Assembly (NCBI GenBank): GCA_034440475.1
Contig: JAWXCC010000002.1
Location: 16,787 to 80,786 of the forward strand
Source: Phycisphaerae bacterium
GTDB taxonomy: Bacteria > Planctomycetota > Phycisphaerae > Phycisphaerales > SM1A02
Length of the DNA: 64,000 bases
Reading direction: 5' to 3'
Each line of letters starts with the position of its first letter. The stretch's first letter is position 1. Shown here piece by piece: positions 44,998 through 55,571 of the stretch. The notes beneath the pieces are model-generated. The model saw only the letters and a program-made list of their open reading frames with translations. It was not told the origin of the DNA and searched no databases. The position numbers were made by a program, and so were the translations under genes.

Positions 44998-46926
44998 CTA
45001 ACATTCGCCCCAAGCTCCGAGCACGATCGCAAGATCAGCACCGTCGACTATGTTGTCAGCGTTGAGGTCGGCCGTGCAGGCGCCACCAGCGCAGCCCCAA
45101 GCACCGAGCACGACCGCGAGATCGGCGCCGTCCACATTGCCGTTGCCGTCGAGGTCGCCCAAGCAATCGGGGATTTCGGTGCCGAAGACTTCGAGATCCT
45201 CCGAGGGGATGTTCGACCAGCCCGGCTGATCATGCTCCGATGGCACTAGGTTGGAGCGGCTGCGCGACAGCCGCAGCACCGTTCCCACTGGCTTGCCGAC
45301 GAACGCCGACGCGTCGGCGGGCACCCACGATCCAGCGGAGCCGCGTTTGAAGGCGAGGACTCCCGCGTTACACACGACGTGCATGGTTCCAGAACTATCG
45401 AACTCGACACACGTCGGATTCACGATTGACGGGTGCGTGAAGAATTCGATCGCAACGGTGCCCGCTGCGCTCTTGTAGATGCCGAAGATCGTGTTCGATG
45501 CGTCGGACACGATCCACACCTAGGCTTGGATCGGGCAGATTGCTATCCGCCGGTTGCCTCCGAGGGGAACTAACGTCGGCACGTTGAGTACTTCCCATGG
45601 CTCGACGCGCGAGGTGATGTCGCGCGGAATGCGGAGAATCTTTGCCGGGAGCGACGACGAGAGCAGAACGACTCGGTCGGCCGCATCGTCGTACGCAAGA
45701 GCGCTGTACGCACCTGGCAGCGCGGCCGTCCATTCGGTCATTGGCGTTGCGTCGGGGGCAAATCGGCGCAATGTTGGCGTCGTCCCACCCAGCACATAGA
45801 GGTCGCGTTGCCGGCCCGTCGTAACGCGTGTGGCACCACTGATCGTCGCAATCTTCGTGGAGACGCCCGAAGCGGGGTCGATGCGATGCAGCGTCTTGGG
45901 TCCGCCGGCCACGGCCGTGTTGTTGAGCGAGAAGAGAGTCGCGTTGTCTTGCTGCACCGCGAGGTCGATGACCGCGAGCCCCGGAGTCGGCTGCCACGAA
46001 CCGCTCCCGTTTCCCGGCGCGCCAGCGAAATTCGAAACACCGAACTGCTGCACGTTTGTCGCCGTGAAGCTGAACCCGGCGCGCGGCGTGATCGTCAGAA
46101 CCGTGTCGAGGATTTTCCACTGCGCGTCGCCGGACGACCAATCGAGCGTCGTGACGGTTCGCAGATGGATATCACCGCTCGAATCTTGAATCGCGGCTTG
46201 GAGCGCGAGCGTGTTCCATCGTGAGTTCGTGAAGGGCTCCTGGGTGAGCAGGCTCGATGAGTTCGATGGATTCCGGACGTCCATCCAATGCTCGAAGTTG
46301 GCATTGCGAAACCCAGCGGCGTAGGCGCAGCAGTGTCCGCCATCGCGCTTGAGGAGCGGCAGCCCGGACGACGAGCCAATCAGGTCGTAGCGGCCGTAAC
46401 ACACGGCGATGAGCGGGTGCGACGGCGTTGCCGCGACCTGCGCGACGACGCTGTCGCTCGGGGACCAGCCGCCAAAAGCCGCGAATATCGCGGTATCGAG
46501 TTGGTCTTCGGTGCCCGAGTCGTGGATCCAACTTACGACGCCGAACTGCTGGTTCGTCGTGTTCGTTCCGCAGCCTTCGGGGTCGACGCCGGAACCGGTC
46601 GACATGATGATGCCCATCAAGTCGATCAAGGTGGTTGCTTGGTTGTAGGTTGCTGGGCTGTTCCAGTTCGTCGGCCCTGGAATCACGTCGCCAAACCCGT
46701 GATTGGCTGCGTAGGTAAGTAGATCCATCGCCGAGGTCGGAACGCAGTGGCACGAGCCGTTACCGTCGAGCGTGATCCGCTTCTGGTCGAAGTCCGGAAT
46801 GCCAACGCGGCGGACGTAGTAGTCAGTGGCGCTCGTGTAGCTGGACGCGACGACGTCGGCACCCGCTGCGCTCACGATTCCTGCGGTGATCACGCATCCC
46901 GCGATCAATCGGTCAACTCTCTGCAT
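44998..46926 (-). pseudogene. Secreted protein with a double dockerin-like tail, split by an in-frame TAG
   Basis: Track ORFs 45520..47223 and 44998..45519 share a frame and are separated only by the TAG at 45520-45522 (...RRIAICPIQA, stop, VWIVSDASNTIFG...). The upstream part has a signal peptide (MQRVDRLIAGCVITAGIVSAAGA, from the ATG at 46926). Its motifs GSCHCVPTSAMDLL and GGHCCAYAAGF hint at a papain-fold peptidase, with low confidence. The downstream part carries DLDGNGNVDGADLAVVLGAWGCAGGACTADLNADNIVDGADLAIVLGAWGEC. Confidence 0.65.
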
Positions 46927-47607
46927 GACGATCCTCCGGTGGCGAAGCCGCTGGGGCGCGAACCGCGCTGTCACGTATGCTCGCGGTCGCTGCCGTCCAT
47001 TTAGCGCGAGTCGAATGAAGGATGCGCCAGTTTTTTGGATGTTTGGGATCAAAGCCGAAAGTCGGCGCGATAACGATGGCTCGCGCCCGTTCACCCCGCT
47101 GGCAGCCCCGTCGACCGCGCAGTGGTGCCATTCGCATGTCACTGCGGCGACGGTCCGCTGTTCCGCCGGAACCGTCGGCACGCGAGCTTGCTGCGACGGT
47201 CGGTGTCGTCGATGGAGAGCCAAGCGCCGCGGTGCTTCACGGCAACGGCTGCGTGCTGGGGGAAGTCGAAGCTGAAGACATGTCCGCAGATTCCGCAGAT
47301 TCGCGCAGATTGCGAGGCAGCGAACTGGATGCTCGTGGTGACCCTCACGGTACAGCGATCATGGTGTTTGTCGCTGGCCGACGCATGGCGGTTGAGCGTC
47401 GGCTGAACCCGCGTCCAGCGCGCGACTCGAGCAAACATCGTTTTCAGGCGCTTCAGGCTTTCGTGTGGGTACGAAGATAGGAAGACGAGTTTTCAGGCGG
47501 CGCAGCGTGCGCTCTGGCGCGTTCGTTGCGTCTGTTGAGCGGTGGTTTCACCACATTTTCCCGCAGCGCCCGATCGAGCGGCGGCACTACCAAGCCGAGT
47601 CTGCGTT

Positions 47608-49077
47608 TCATTGCGTCCACAGCTGAAGCCACACTGATTCGAGTTCTTGTGACCCGAGCTGAGTTGTTCTCGTCGTTGTAGCCGTCTTGATGTCGACCGC
47701 GCGTCGACCGTCGGGCGATGCGACCTTCGACGAGACGATCGCCCCGTCCTCGGAGACGATCTCTCCAAGGGCGCGCGAGATCGAAACAGCGCCAGTCTCG
47801 AGATCAATCTCGACACCGACGACCTCACCGGCCCACCGTGCGGAGGGGCCTTCGAACGCCAGCCGCCGGTCGTCGACGATTCGGGCCCGTCTGATTCCCC
47901 CGATAGGCACGAGGGCATCCCCCTTCAGCTCAATCTGACGGACTTCCCCCGCGGTCCCCACCATGAGGTGCGTCAGAAGGGCACGCTTTGCTGGCGTCGG
48001 CATTGGCGGCGGACCCAGCGTCACCGTCGCCCACTCAATCCGCGGTCCCGCGCCGACTGCGGCGGTCCCTGCCTCAAGTTGCCAATTCGCTCCGGGACCG
48101 GGTTGGCCGATCGCGATCGCTTCCGACTCAGCGACCACGCGCACTGCGCCGTTCGACATGTCGACCACGACGATCTCGACTGGGTACGGGGCCGTCGCCG
48201 CGCTGGTTGCCGGTCCGACGAGCCGGTCACGTCGAGCGACGATCGAGCGCCCGTCTGGAGTGAATCCGCAGACGCGAACGAAGCCATCCGCGTTGCTGCC
48301 GATCACCTTCGTGTGCGACTGCTGCGCGACGGTGTCGAACCAGCGGATCTCTTGATTCCAACCGCTTGTCGGGTCGAACACCGCCCACGCGAGTATGCCG
48401 CCATCGTCCGACGCGACCCACTCCCCAGCTGCCGGTTTTTGGATGACGCAGTGTGACAGATGCCGAAGTTCGTTCGACGGCGGACAGTCGATGATGTCAA
48501 CGCGGGTAGCGAGGGCAGCGTAGGCAAACTGCCGAGGAACGCGCCACAGCGGCCAGCTTGCGAACCGAACAAAAAACGCGTTCGGCCACGCTTCGAACGG
48601 TCGGAACGGCGCTAGGGTCGACCAAAGCAGCGTGCCACGTATAGCGAGCGCGCCAGCGAGCGCGATGGCGATCGCAGCCAGCGGGAGCGGAAGCAGGCGC
48701 CACGCGAGTCGTCGCCCGATCACGCGTTGCTTTTGTCCAAGCTGCGATCCGCACTCTGGGCAGCGCTCAGGAAGGCGAACCGATATATCGAGTTCCTGAT
48801 TGCATCGTCGGCAGTAGGTGCGACCAGCCGCGCGCGGGCGACGCACGGTTCGAACAGTCCACCACGATGCGATCGCGAGCCCAACGACGAGGGCAATCAC
48901 GCCGAAATCAGCTCGATGGTTGTCAAGCCAAGGCCACGGACGTGCGTCGACGAGTCGCTCTACGAGGATGCGTTGGCCGTCCATCGTCCACGTCGGCGTC
49001 GGCGAATCGAGCGTCGCCCGCGCGTCGGGCAACTCGATGCTGCCTGCGAAATTCTGAACGTCAGTCTCTTCGATCAA
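47608..49077 (-). CDS. Membrane protein with a zinc ribbon next to its TM segment and a repeat-rich C-terminal region
   Basis: TM segment FGVIALVVGLAIASWW, then VRRPRAAGRTYCRRCNQELDISVRLPERCPECG, a second TM segment, and a long extracytoplasmic-looking region. Confidence 0.6.
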   Translation of the reverse strand: MIEETDVQNFAGSIELPDARATLDSPTPTWTMDGQRILVERLVDARPWPWLDNHRADFGVIALVVGLAIASWWTVRTVRRPRAAGRTYCRRCNQELDISVRLPERCPECGSQLGQKQRVIGRRLAWRLLPLPLAAIAIALAGALAIRGTLLWSTLAPFRPFEAWPNAFFVRFASWPLWRVPRQFAYAALATRVDIIDCPPSNELRHLSHCVIQKPAAGEWVASDDGGILAWAVFDPTSGWNQEIRWFDTVAQQSHTKVIGSNADGFVRVCGFTPDGRSIVARRDRLVGPATSAATAPYPVEIVVVDMSNGAVRVVAESEAIAIGQPGPGANWQLEAGTAAVGAGPRIEWATVTLGPPPMPTPAKRALLTHLMVGTAGEVRQIELKGDALVPIGGIRRARIVDDRRLAFEGPSARWAGEVVGVEIDLETGAVSISRALGEIVSEDGAIVSSKVASPDGRRAVDIKTATTTRTTQLGSQELESVWLQLWTQ

Positions 49078-49182
49078 TGGTGAACTCGCAGTGCGAGGCG
49101 CGGGTTGCCGCTCATTCTACGCAGAGTACGCGAGATACGGTCGAGACTCACACGAACGTACGCCCGAGCGGAACACCGCGCC

Positions 49183-49218
49183 AAAAACGCAAACGCCCCG
49201 ATCGATCGATCGGGGCGT
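49183..49218 (-). terminator. Rho-independent terminator
   Basis: 26-nt perfect palindrome ACGCCCCGATCGATCGATCGGGGCGT (49193-49218). On the minus strand it is followed by TTGCGTTTTTGG. It lies 55 nt after the stop of the 49273.. gene. Confidence 0.75.
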
Positions 49219-49272
49219 CTGTGCTCGATTGATAGCTCTCGAAGAGCCGCGAAACCCGCTGTCCAGTACTAC

Positions 49273-51822
49273 TCAGCACGGCCCCCAGCCACCGAGCAGC
49301 ACTGCGAGGTCAGCGGCGTCGACGAAGCCTGATCCATTGAGGTCTGCGGCACCGCTGCCGCCCCACGCACCAAGCAGCACCGCGAGGTCGGCGGCGTCCG
49401 TCATGCCGTTGCCGGTGAGATCGGTCGGACAGGGGACGCCTTCGAATTCGTAGCAGCCGCGATCGAGGTAGCTCACTGGGCCGAGGCCCATGTTGGCGGA
49501 CGCGGCGTCGTCGATGAAGCGCTCGGTGCCGTCGAGGTCGGTGGTGTACGCGCTCGGCAAGAGCCAGTTCGACATCGCGTTGTCGATCGCGTTCGATGCC
49601 GCGAGCAGGCGATAGTCATCATCGGCGGTGCCGCGAACGAGGTCAGCGCCGAGCGGATTCACGAAGGCGGGATCGTTGCCGTCGTTGCCAGCGCCGCCGA
49701 AGCCACCGGTCCACCCGAGGACGGACGTCGCCGCAACGTCGAGGAGGCCGAGCGACGTGAGCTGTCGTTGTTCAAGCACGCCCGCGAGTCCGGCGTTCTT
49801 CCACAGAATCGAGTTGCGCAGTGTGAGAGCTGCTGCCGGGGCGATGTACACGCCGCCGCAACCAGCTGCGGTCGAGATGTTGTCGACGATCGTTGAGTTG
49901 ACGATGAGTCCGTTTGCAACAGCGATGAAGCTCACAGCGCCGTTGCCCGCGCCGTCGTTGCCATGCACGAGCGTGTTGACGATGCTCGGCTGTCCGCTTG
50001 AGAGAAGTATCGCGCTGCCAGCGCCGGTGCTCACGTTCATGTTGAAGCGGCAGCTTTCGATCGTCACGTCACTGGTCAGCGCGAAGAGGCCAGAGCCACC
50101 ATCGAGCGACTCATTCTGTCGCACCCAACAATCGCGAATCACTGGCGCACCGTTCTGAATCACGATGCCGCCGCCGAAGCTCCGTAGTCCCGCAGCGGGG
50201 CCGTTCGCGTTGCCCTTCTGCACGATGAAGCCAGACATGCCACCGGTGGCATCGACGTTCAGCGCGGCGACAACGTTGTAGGAATTGTCGCCGCTCCCCG
50301 CAGCACCAATCGCACCGGAGAGTACGGTTTGATGCGCCAACGCGTCGCGTTCGCTGATGTCGACTTCGCCGCCGGCGAAGCCGCCGATCAACTGCGTGCC
50401 GCTGACGAGCGGGAAGCGCAGATTACGATTGTTCGTTCCGCGATCGGGCTGATACGTCCCTTGGGCGACGAGGACGTACTGAATCGGCGTAACCAGAGCG
50501 TCGTCCATCGCGTCTTGCAAGTCGGTGTAGGCGTCCGTCCATGTCGTACCGTTGTTGGCGCCCGCGGCCGCAACGTTGACGTATCGAACGTCGCAGACGG
50601 TTTCGATGGCGCCCATGTCGACGATCGGTCCAGTGCCAGCACCGGTGTCGAGAACGCTGACTTCGTTGACGTAGCGCGCGTTGCCGTCGAGATCGGAGGT
50701 CACCCACGCCGGTACGAGAGCATTGCTGCCAGCGTCGATGCAGGGTGAGGTCCGACGAAGTTGCAGGTCGCCCGCCAGAGCGTCGACGAACTGCGGATCG
50801 GTATCGATGTTGCCAACACCGGGCCAGCCGCCTTGGACGTTGCTGCGGGCGACGAGGGTGGTCACGCCAGCGCCGGAGACGTCGATCGAAGTCGTGTTCG
50901 ACCCAATGATCGAGTTGGAGACGAGCGCGAGCAGCGGGAAGCCCAGGTCGTTGAGTTCGATCCCAGCGGCGCCGCCGTTGTAGATCGTGCAGTTAACGAT
51001 CGTCACCAAAACTGGATTCGAGATCGACAGGGCTTCGACCGCTACATCGCCGCTGAAGAAGATGCTGTTACTCACGTAGAGGCCTTCGCGGGTCGAGAGG
51101 ACCTCGCCGTCCTTGTCGTCGAATGTGCAGCGATCGAAGAGGCCGGTCCCGCTGAGCACGTTGGCGCTGCTGACGCTCGTTGCGTCGTTGTCGAGAAAAT
51201 CGCAATCAGCAAAGGTGCAAATGCCTCTCATTTCGACTGCACCTCCGCCGGTCGCATGGTTGGAATCGAAGAGACAGTCCTCGACTGTGACGTTGCCCGT
51301 GATGGACATGGCACCGCCGCCGGTCGCCTCGTTGCTGATGAACTGGCAGTCGATGAACGTCGCGTTGCCGTTGACGTACGCGCCACCGCCGAGGGTGGCG
51401 TCACAATTCTTGATGATGCAGTGCTTGATCTCGGGGTCGCCCGTGATATCGAGGCCGCCGCCGGTGGTGTCGCTTCCCTGCTTGATCGTGAAGCCGATGA
51501 GTTTGGCGTCTGGTCCAACGCCTCCATCGATGCGAACGGCGGTGTCGATAAAGTCGGCGTCGATGACGGTCAAGGTGGGATCGGCGAAGCTCGATGCCTT
51601 CACGGTGATCTCCTTCCCGAGGAAGTCGATCTGCTCGTGATAGGTGCCAGCGGCAACGAGCACGGTGTCGCCAGCCGCTGCGGCGTTGATGGCGTCTTGG
51701 ATCGTTGGAAACGCCGCAGGGACATTGCGAACAACGGCGCTGGCGGTGCCAGCGGTGAAGAAGAGCGTGGTGGCGAGGGTGGATCGGACAAAAGAGGCGG
51801 TGCTAGTCGTGACGAATCGCAT
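49273..51822 (-). CDS. Secreted right-handed parallel beta-helix repeat protein with a double dockerin-like tail
   Basis: Signal peptide, then many GGA/GGG-containing beta-helix turns (NxxxxGGAxxx). The tail is DLTGNGMTDAADLAVLLGAWGGSGAADLNGSGFVDAADLAVLLGGWGPC. Confidence 0.8.
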   Translation of the reverse strand: MRFVTTSTASFVRSTLATTLFFTAGTASAVVRNVPAAFPTIQDAINAAAAGDTVLVAAGTYHEQIDFLGKEITVKASSFADPTLTVIDADFIDTAVRIDGGVGPDAKLIGFTIKQGSDTTGGGLDITGDPEIKHCIIKNCDATLGGGAYVNGNATFIDCQFISNEATGGGAMSITGNVTVEDCLFDSNHATGGGAVEMRGICTFADCDFLDNDATSVSSANVLSGTGLFDRCTFDDKDGEVLSTREGLYVSNSIFFSGDVAVEALSISNPVLVTIVNCTIYNGGAAGIELNDLGFPLLALVSNSIIGSNTTSIDVSGAGVTTLVARSNVQGGWPGVGNIDTDPQFVDALAGDLQLRRTSPCIDAGSNALVPAWVTSDLDGNARYVNEVSVLDTGAGTGPIVDMGAIETVCDVRYVNVAAAGANNGTTWTDAYTDLQDAMDDALVTPIQYVLVAQGTYQPDRGTNNRNLRFPLVSGTQLIGGFAGGEVDISERDALAHQTVLSGAIGAAGSGDNSYNVVAALNVDATGGMSGFIVQKGNANGPAAGLRSFGGGIVIQNGAPVIRDCWVRQNESLDGGSGLFALTSDVTIESCRFNMNVSTGAGSAILLSSGQPSIVNTLVHGNDGAGNGAVSFIAVANGLIVNSTIVDNISTAAGCGGVYIAPAAALTLRNSILWKNAGLAGVLEQRQLTSLGLLDVAATSVLGWTGGFGGAGNDGNDPAFVNPLGADLVRGTADDDYRLLAASNAIDNAMSNWLLPSAYTTDLDGTERFIDDAASANMGLGPVSYLDRGCYEFEGVPCPTDLTGNGMTDAADLAVLLGAWGGSGAADLNGSGFVDAADLAVLLGGWGPC

Positions 51823-52351
51823 TGGAGGGTCCTTGAGTTGACTTGGTAAGTGACGGACAGTCCCGTCAAGCCCTCATGCGACGTGCGGGCCACGGCTCCC
51901 TCATCTGGCGACGAAGAAAGTTGAGCGAACGCGACAAGTCGCCGTGGGCGACCCTTCGCTGGCCTCCTTGGCCTTGGTCACGTTCATCACGCCGCTGGCG
52001 AGGAGTAGTAGGGCCAGCAGTACGCCGACTTGCGACACCCCATGCCCCATGATCGACGCGCGTTACGGCGCCCTTCGTGAACCTTTGACGAAAGTCCGAG
52101 TTTCGCCAGCACGGGTTCGACGAGCGCTTCTGAGACTGGAAGTGGTTCGGGCCCGGGAAAGGTCCCGGAAAAGATACTGCTTGAGCAACACCGTTGGTTT
52201 CAGGACGAGCGGTGCGCAGCGAATCCCGCGCAAAAGATCGTGGTCGGGCCACTCAGGTTCGCGTCGCGCTGGCTGCGATGTATCTTCGATCGTCACGCAG
52301 CCCGAATGACCATGGCCACGGGTTGCTCCGCCACGTCCGCCGGAGCCTCCT

Positions 52352-54244
52352 ATGGGCAGATTCATCGTTCTTCTTTATGCGCTTGCGTCGCTGCTGGTCT
52401 TCGTGATTGCGATGCCCGTGCACGCTGGGCTCGTCGACTCGTTCGTCCTCGCGCTGGAAGAACCTGTGTCGAACGGCGTTCCGGTCCGTGGTGCTGGCAA
52501 CATCGAAGTGGCCGGTGCCACCGACACCTACGAACTCACGATCGATAAGCCGACGATAGTGTATTTCGACGAGCAATCGTCGAGCTGTGCTCTCACCTGG
52601 ACGTGCGTCGGGCCAGCGAACGTCGTCGTGTTTGGTGCGAATCAGATGTGCGGGTTAGATCCAAGTCAACAGTACCTCGCGCCGGGCGTCTACACGATCA
52701 CGGTGACAGGGCCCCAACCTGGAATCTATGCGTTCACAGTTTGGGCGCTCAATCCGCCAGAACAGTTTTCGATCGCGCTTGAGCAGGGAGTGTCGAACGG
52801 CGTTCCCGTGGCCGGCGCTGGCAACATCGAAGAGCCTGGCGCCAAGGATCAGTATCAGCTCGCGATCGCCGCGCCGACTTCGGTGTACTTCGAAGAGCAG
52901 AGTGGCGGTTGCGCGCTGATCTGGTCGTGTGTGAGTCCCTCCGGGGCACTGGTGTTCTCGGATAGCGCGATCTGCGTGGGTGACCCGGGAGTCTTCGCGC
53001 TCAGCGAAGCTGGCCCCTACACCATCACCGTCGCGGGCAACGGTAGCGCGACCGGAACGTATGCGTTCACCGTATGGCAACTTGACGAACCTGAGGTCTT
53101 CACGATCGCTCTCGATACGACGATTTCGAGTGGTGTCCCCGCCGCTGGCGCAGGCGTGATCGAAGAGCCCGGCGCGACCGACGTCTATCAGCTCACCATC
53201 GCGGCACCGACTGCGATATACGCCGAAGAACTAACGGGTGCGTGCAACATCGCATGGTTGTGTACCGATCCGAACGGCGTCGTCTTGTTCTCAGATTCCG
53301 CAATTTGCGTCACTGATCCCGGCTCGCTCACGCTCGCGACTCCCGGCACCTACACCATCACGGTCGTCGGCGTCGGCGGCTCGACCGGCACTTACTCGTT
53401 CAAGCTCTGGACGTTGAGTCCACCTCAGGTATTCGAGATCGCGCTGAATGACGTGGTGGCGAATGGCATTCCGGGCACCGGCGCTGGCAATCTTGAGACG
53501 CCGGGATCCATTGATGTCTACGCACTCAACGTGGTGTTTCCGACCACGGTCTATTTCGATGAGCTCCGTGGCAACTGTTCGATTTTCTGGGGCGCTGTCG
53601 ATCCGAACAGCACGTCGCTCTTCGCCAACAACGTGATCTGTGTCACCGATCCGGGGACGTTCACGCTGCTATCTCCCGGAGTGCATCTCATCACGGTCAA
53701 GAGTCCATCGGGCGGGATTGGCACATACGCATTCCGAGTGATCGAATCGATGCCTCCGCAACTGTTCGACATCGCGCTTGGCGACATCGTTGCGAACGGC
53801 ATTCCCGCGGCCGGTGCGGGCAACATCGAACAACCCGGATCGCTCGATGTCTATCGATTCGACGCCGAGGCTGGGGACGTCGTGTGCTTCGACGAGATTG
53901 CTGGCGCTTGTTCGCTCGCATGGCAGCTCACCGATCCTCTCAACGCCGCCGTATTCAGTGACTCAGCGATGTGCGTAAACACTCCCGGGAAGCGAACGCT
54001 GACGACGACGGGTACCTACACGATCAGTGTGTACGGACCGGGTGGCACAAGTGGCGTCTATTCTTTCGGGATCTTCCCCGGCAGCGCCGCAGACCTCGAT
54101 GGGGATTGCCACGTAAGTGCCCCAGATCTCGCGATCCTCCTTGGCGCGTGGGGAGTGTGTCCGAGTGGCTGCGAAGCTGACCTTGATGACGACGGCGTTG
54201 TGAGCGCGCCGGATATTGCAATCTTGCTTGGCGCTTGGAACTAA
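52352..54244 (+). CDS. Secreted protein with five tandem modules of about 100 aa (PPC-domain-like) and a double dockerin-like tail
   Basis: Signal peptide MGRFIVLLYALASLLVFVIAMPVHA. The module recurs five times: (V/I)(S/A)NG(V/I)PxxGAGNIExPGxxDxYxL...C...W.C..P...(V/L)F....(I/M)C..DPG......GxYTITVxG...GTYxF. The tail is DLDGDCHVSAPDLAILLGAWGVCPSGCEADLDDDGVVSAPDIAILLGAWN. Confidence 0.8.
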   Translation: MGRFIVLLYALASLLVFVIAMPVHAGLVDSFVLALEEPVSNGVPVRGAGNIEVAGATDTYELTIDKPTIVYFDEQSSSCALTWTCVGPANVVVFGANQMCGLDPSQQYLAPGVYTITVTGPQPGIYAFTVWALNPPEQFSIALEQGVSNGVPVAGAGNIEEPGAKDQYQLAIAAPTSVYFEEQSGGCALIWSCVSPSGALVFSDSAICVGDPGVFALSEAGPYTITVAGNGSATGTYAFTVWQLDEPEVFTIALDTTISSGVPAAGAGVIEEPGATDVYQLTIAAPTAIYAEELTGACNIAWLCTDPNGVVLFSDSAICVTDPGSLTLATPGTYTITVVGVGGSTGTYSFKLWTLSPPQVFEIALNDVVANGIPGTGAGNLETPGSIDVYALNVVFPTTVYFDELRGNCSIFWGAVDPNSTSLFANNVICVTDPGTFTLLSPGVHLITVKSPSGGIGTYAFRVIESMPPQLFDIALGDIVANGIPAAGAGNIEQPGSLDVYRFDAEAGDVVCFDEIAGACSLAWQLTDPLNAAVFSDSAMCVNTPGKRTLTTTGTYTISVYGPGGTSGVYSFGIFPGSAADLDGDCHVSAPDLAILLGAWGVCPSGCEADLDDDGVVSAPDIAILLGAWN

Positions 54245-54278
54245 CAGGCCGCTGCTGGATTCGTAGCGAAGCCCTCAC

Positions 54279-54737
54279 CTACCGCCCCGGCGCGGGCACC
54301 GTGCCGCCGCCATCGCCACCTGAGTCCGCGGTCTCACCGCTTCCGGTAAACTGACCGCTGCCATTGGTGAGTTGATAGGCGAATCGCCAGCCACCGGGTG
54401 AGTACATCCCCGAGTTCTGCCAGTCGTCAATCGTGACCGTTCCCGACTAGGCGCCCGTCGATACGTCCGACGTGAAGGTTCCCGCCGCGCCAGCTTGCCA
54501 CCCGGTTTTTTGGTTCCAGTCCGCGTTTCAATTCTCGCGTCAAGTCCAAACGCCTCTGTCCGCGAGGCGCTGCCACTCGATTGCTGCGTCGGCAGCTGGG
54601 CCAAAGATCGTCGCGTCGGGCGACATGCTGACAGCATCGAGTGCCACCGAGAGATCGGGGCCCTGCGCCGCGCAAGCGGCGAGAAAAATCGAAGTGCTGG
54701 CGAGGGCGAGGATGCGGCGGGAGCGAGGTGCGGGCAT
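54279..54737 (-). pseudogene. Possible decayed lipoprotein gene (three in-frame stops)
   Basis: Track ORF 54540..54737 (MPAPRSRRILALASTSIFLAACAAQG..., lipobox) continues in the same frame through three stops. These are TGA at 54540-54542, TGA at 54528-54530 and TAG at 54447-54449. The sequence between and after them looks protein-like: NADWNQKTGWQAGAAGTFTSDVSTGA, stop, then SGTVTIDDWQNSGMYSPGGWRFAYQLTNGSGQFTGSG. The frame ends at the TAG at 54279-54281. Confidence 0.35.
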
Positions 54738-54923
54738 GCGCGGAGTTTACGTGTCACGGGCTGCTAGACGCAACACATTCACGAGCGCATGGGCTGGAAC
54801 GGAACAGAGTTCTGCGGATGCCGACTCGACCTCTCGTATCCGCCAATGGGTTCGACGATCCTGCTTTCGTTCAAGCTTCCCGAGGCGCCGACGAAAAGCT
54901 GATCGCCGCTTTCGAAGTGTTCG

Positions 54924-55511
54924 TTAGTTCCGCGCGGAGCGGCTTGCCGTCTTCTTGACCGTCTTCTTGATGGTTTTCTTGGCGGGGTTTTTCGCCGGTG
55001 TCGTCTTGCTCGGTTTCGCAGCGGTTGCTGACTTCTTGGAAGCTCGGGCGCCGCCCGCTGGTTCGGCTAGGCGCGCGACATAGCGCGCGACGTAGGTCTT
55101 CGCGGGCACATGCCGAACCGCTTCGCCGACGAGCGCCAGCGGCAGATCGTCGAGCTTCTTGAAGCGAATGCAGCTCTTGCCCATGTCGAGCTTCTTTCCT
55201 GTCTTCTTCCACTCACTCGTGAGCCACGCTGCTTCGCGCTCGTCGCCGTACATGCACATCAGGTACAGCGACATGTGATTCTTCTGCGACGCGAGACCCG
55301 CGAAGCACAGCGGCTGACTCGGATCGCAGTGGTACCCTGCGGGGAATACGCGGTGCGGCACGAAATAGCCAATCATTCCGTACTGCATACCCTCCTCGTA
55401 ATCGGAATCAAGGTTCTTGATGATGACGGCGCGAACCGCTTCGATGGCAGCGCGGCGATCAGCGGGAAGAGACTTGAGATAAGACTCCACGGTTGTCGAG
55501 TTTGATTTCAT
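54924..55511 (-). CDS. DUF1801-domain protein with a Lys-rich tail
   Basis: MKSNSTTVESYLKSLPADRRAAIEAVRAVIIKNL...GMIGYFVP...KNHMSLYLM...GKSCIRFKKLDDLP. Confidence 0.75.
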   Translation of the reverse strand: MKSNSTTVESYLKSLPADRRAAIEAVRAVIIKNLDSDYEEGMQYGMIGYFVPHRVFPAGYHCDPSQPLCFAGLASQKNHMSLYLMCMYGDEREAAWLTSEWKKTGKKLDMGKSCIRFKKLDDLPLALVGEAVRHVPAKTYVARYVARLAEPAGGARASKKSATAAKPSKTTPAKNPAKKTIKKTVKKTASRSARN

Positions 55512-55571
55512 GGCTCATGAATTGTTGCGGAAGTCTCGACGCAGCGAAAGCATTCGGTGGCTGGGAGACTC

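Noticed and set aside
12521-45522. Possibility that the internal TAG codons (12521-12523 and 45520-45522) reflect stop-codon reassignment or pyrrolysine
   Set aside because: TAG is the terminal stop of at least six confident genes in this window (ends at 7995, 17876, 33105, 39429, 44998 and 62971). There is no sign of systematic read-through. Nonsense mutation is the simpler explanation.
47282-47310. Short tandem TCCGCAGAT / TCCGCAGAT / TCGCGCAGAT repeat upstream of the 46926 start
   Set aside because: It is real in the sequence but short, imperfect, and about 360 bp from the start codon. I have no basis for assigning a function.
54275-54757. 160-aa minus-strand ORF
   Set aside because: Its extreme Arg/Ser/Pro/Thr composition is typical of an out-of-frame shadow in high-GC DNA. 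The frame with protein-like composition is the stop-interrupted lipoprotein frame.
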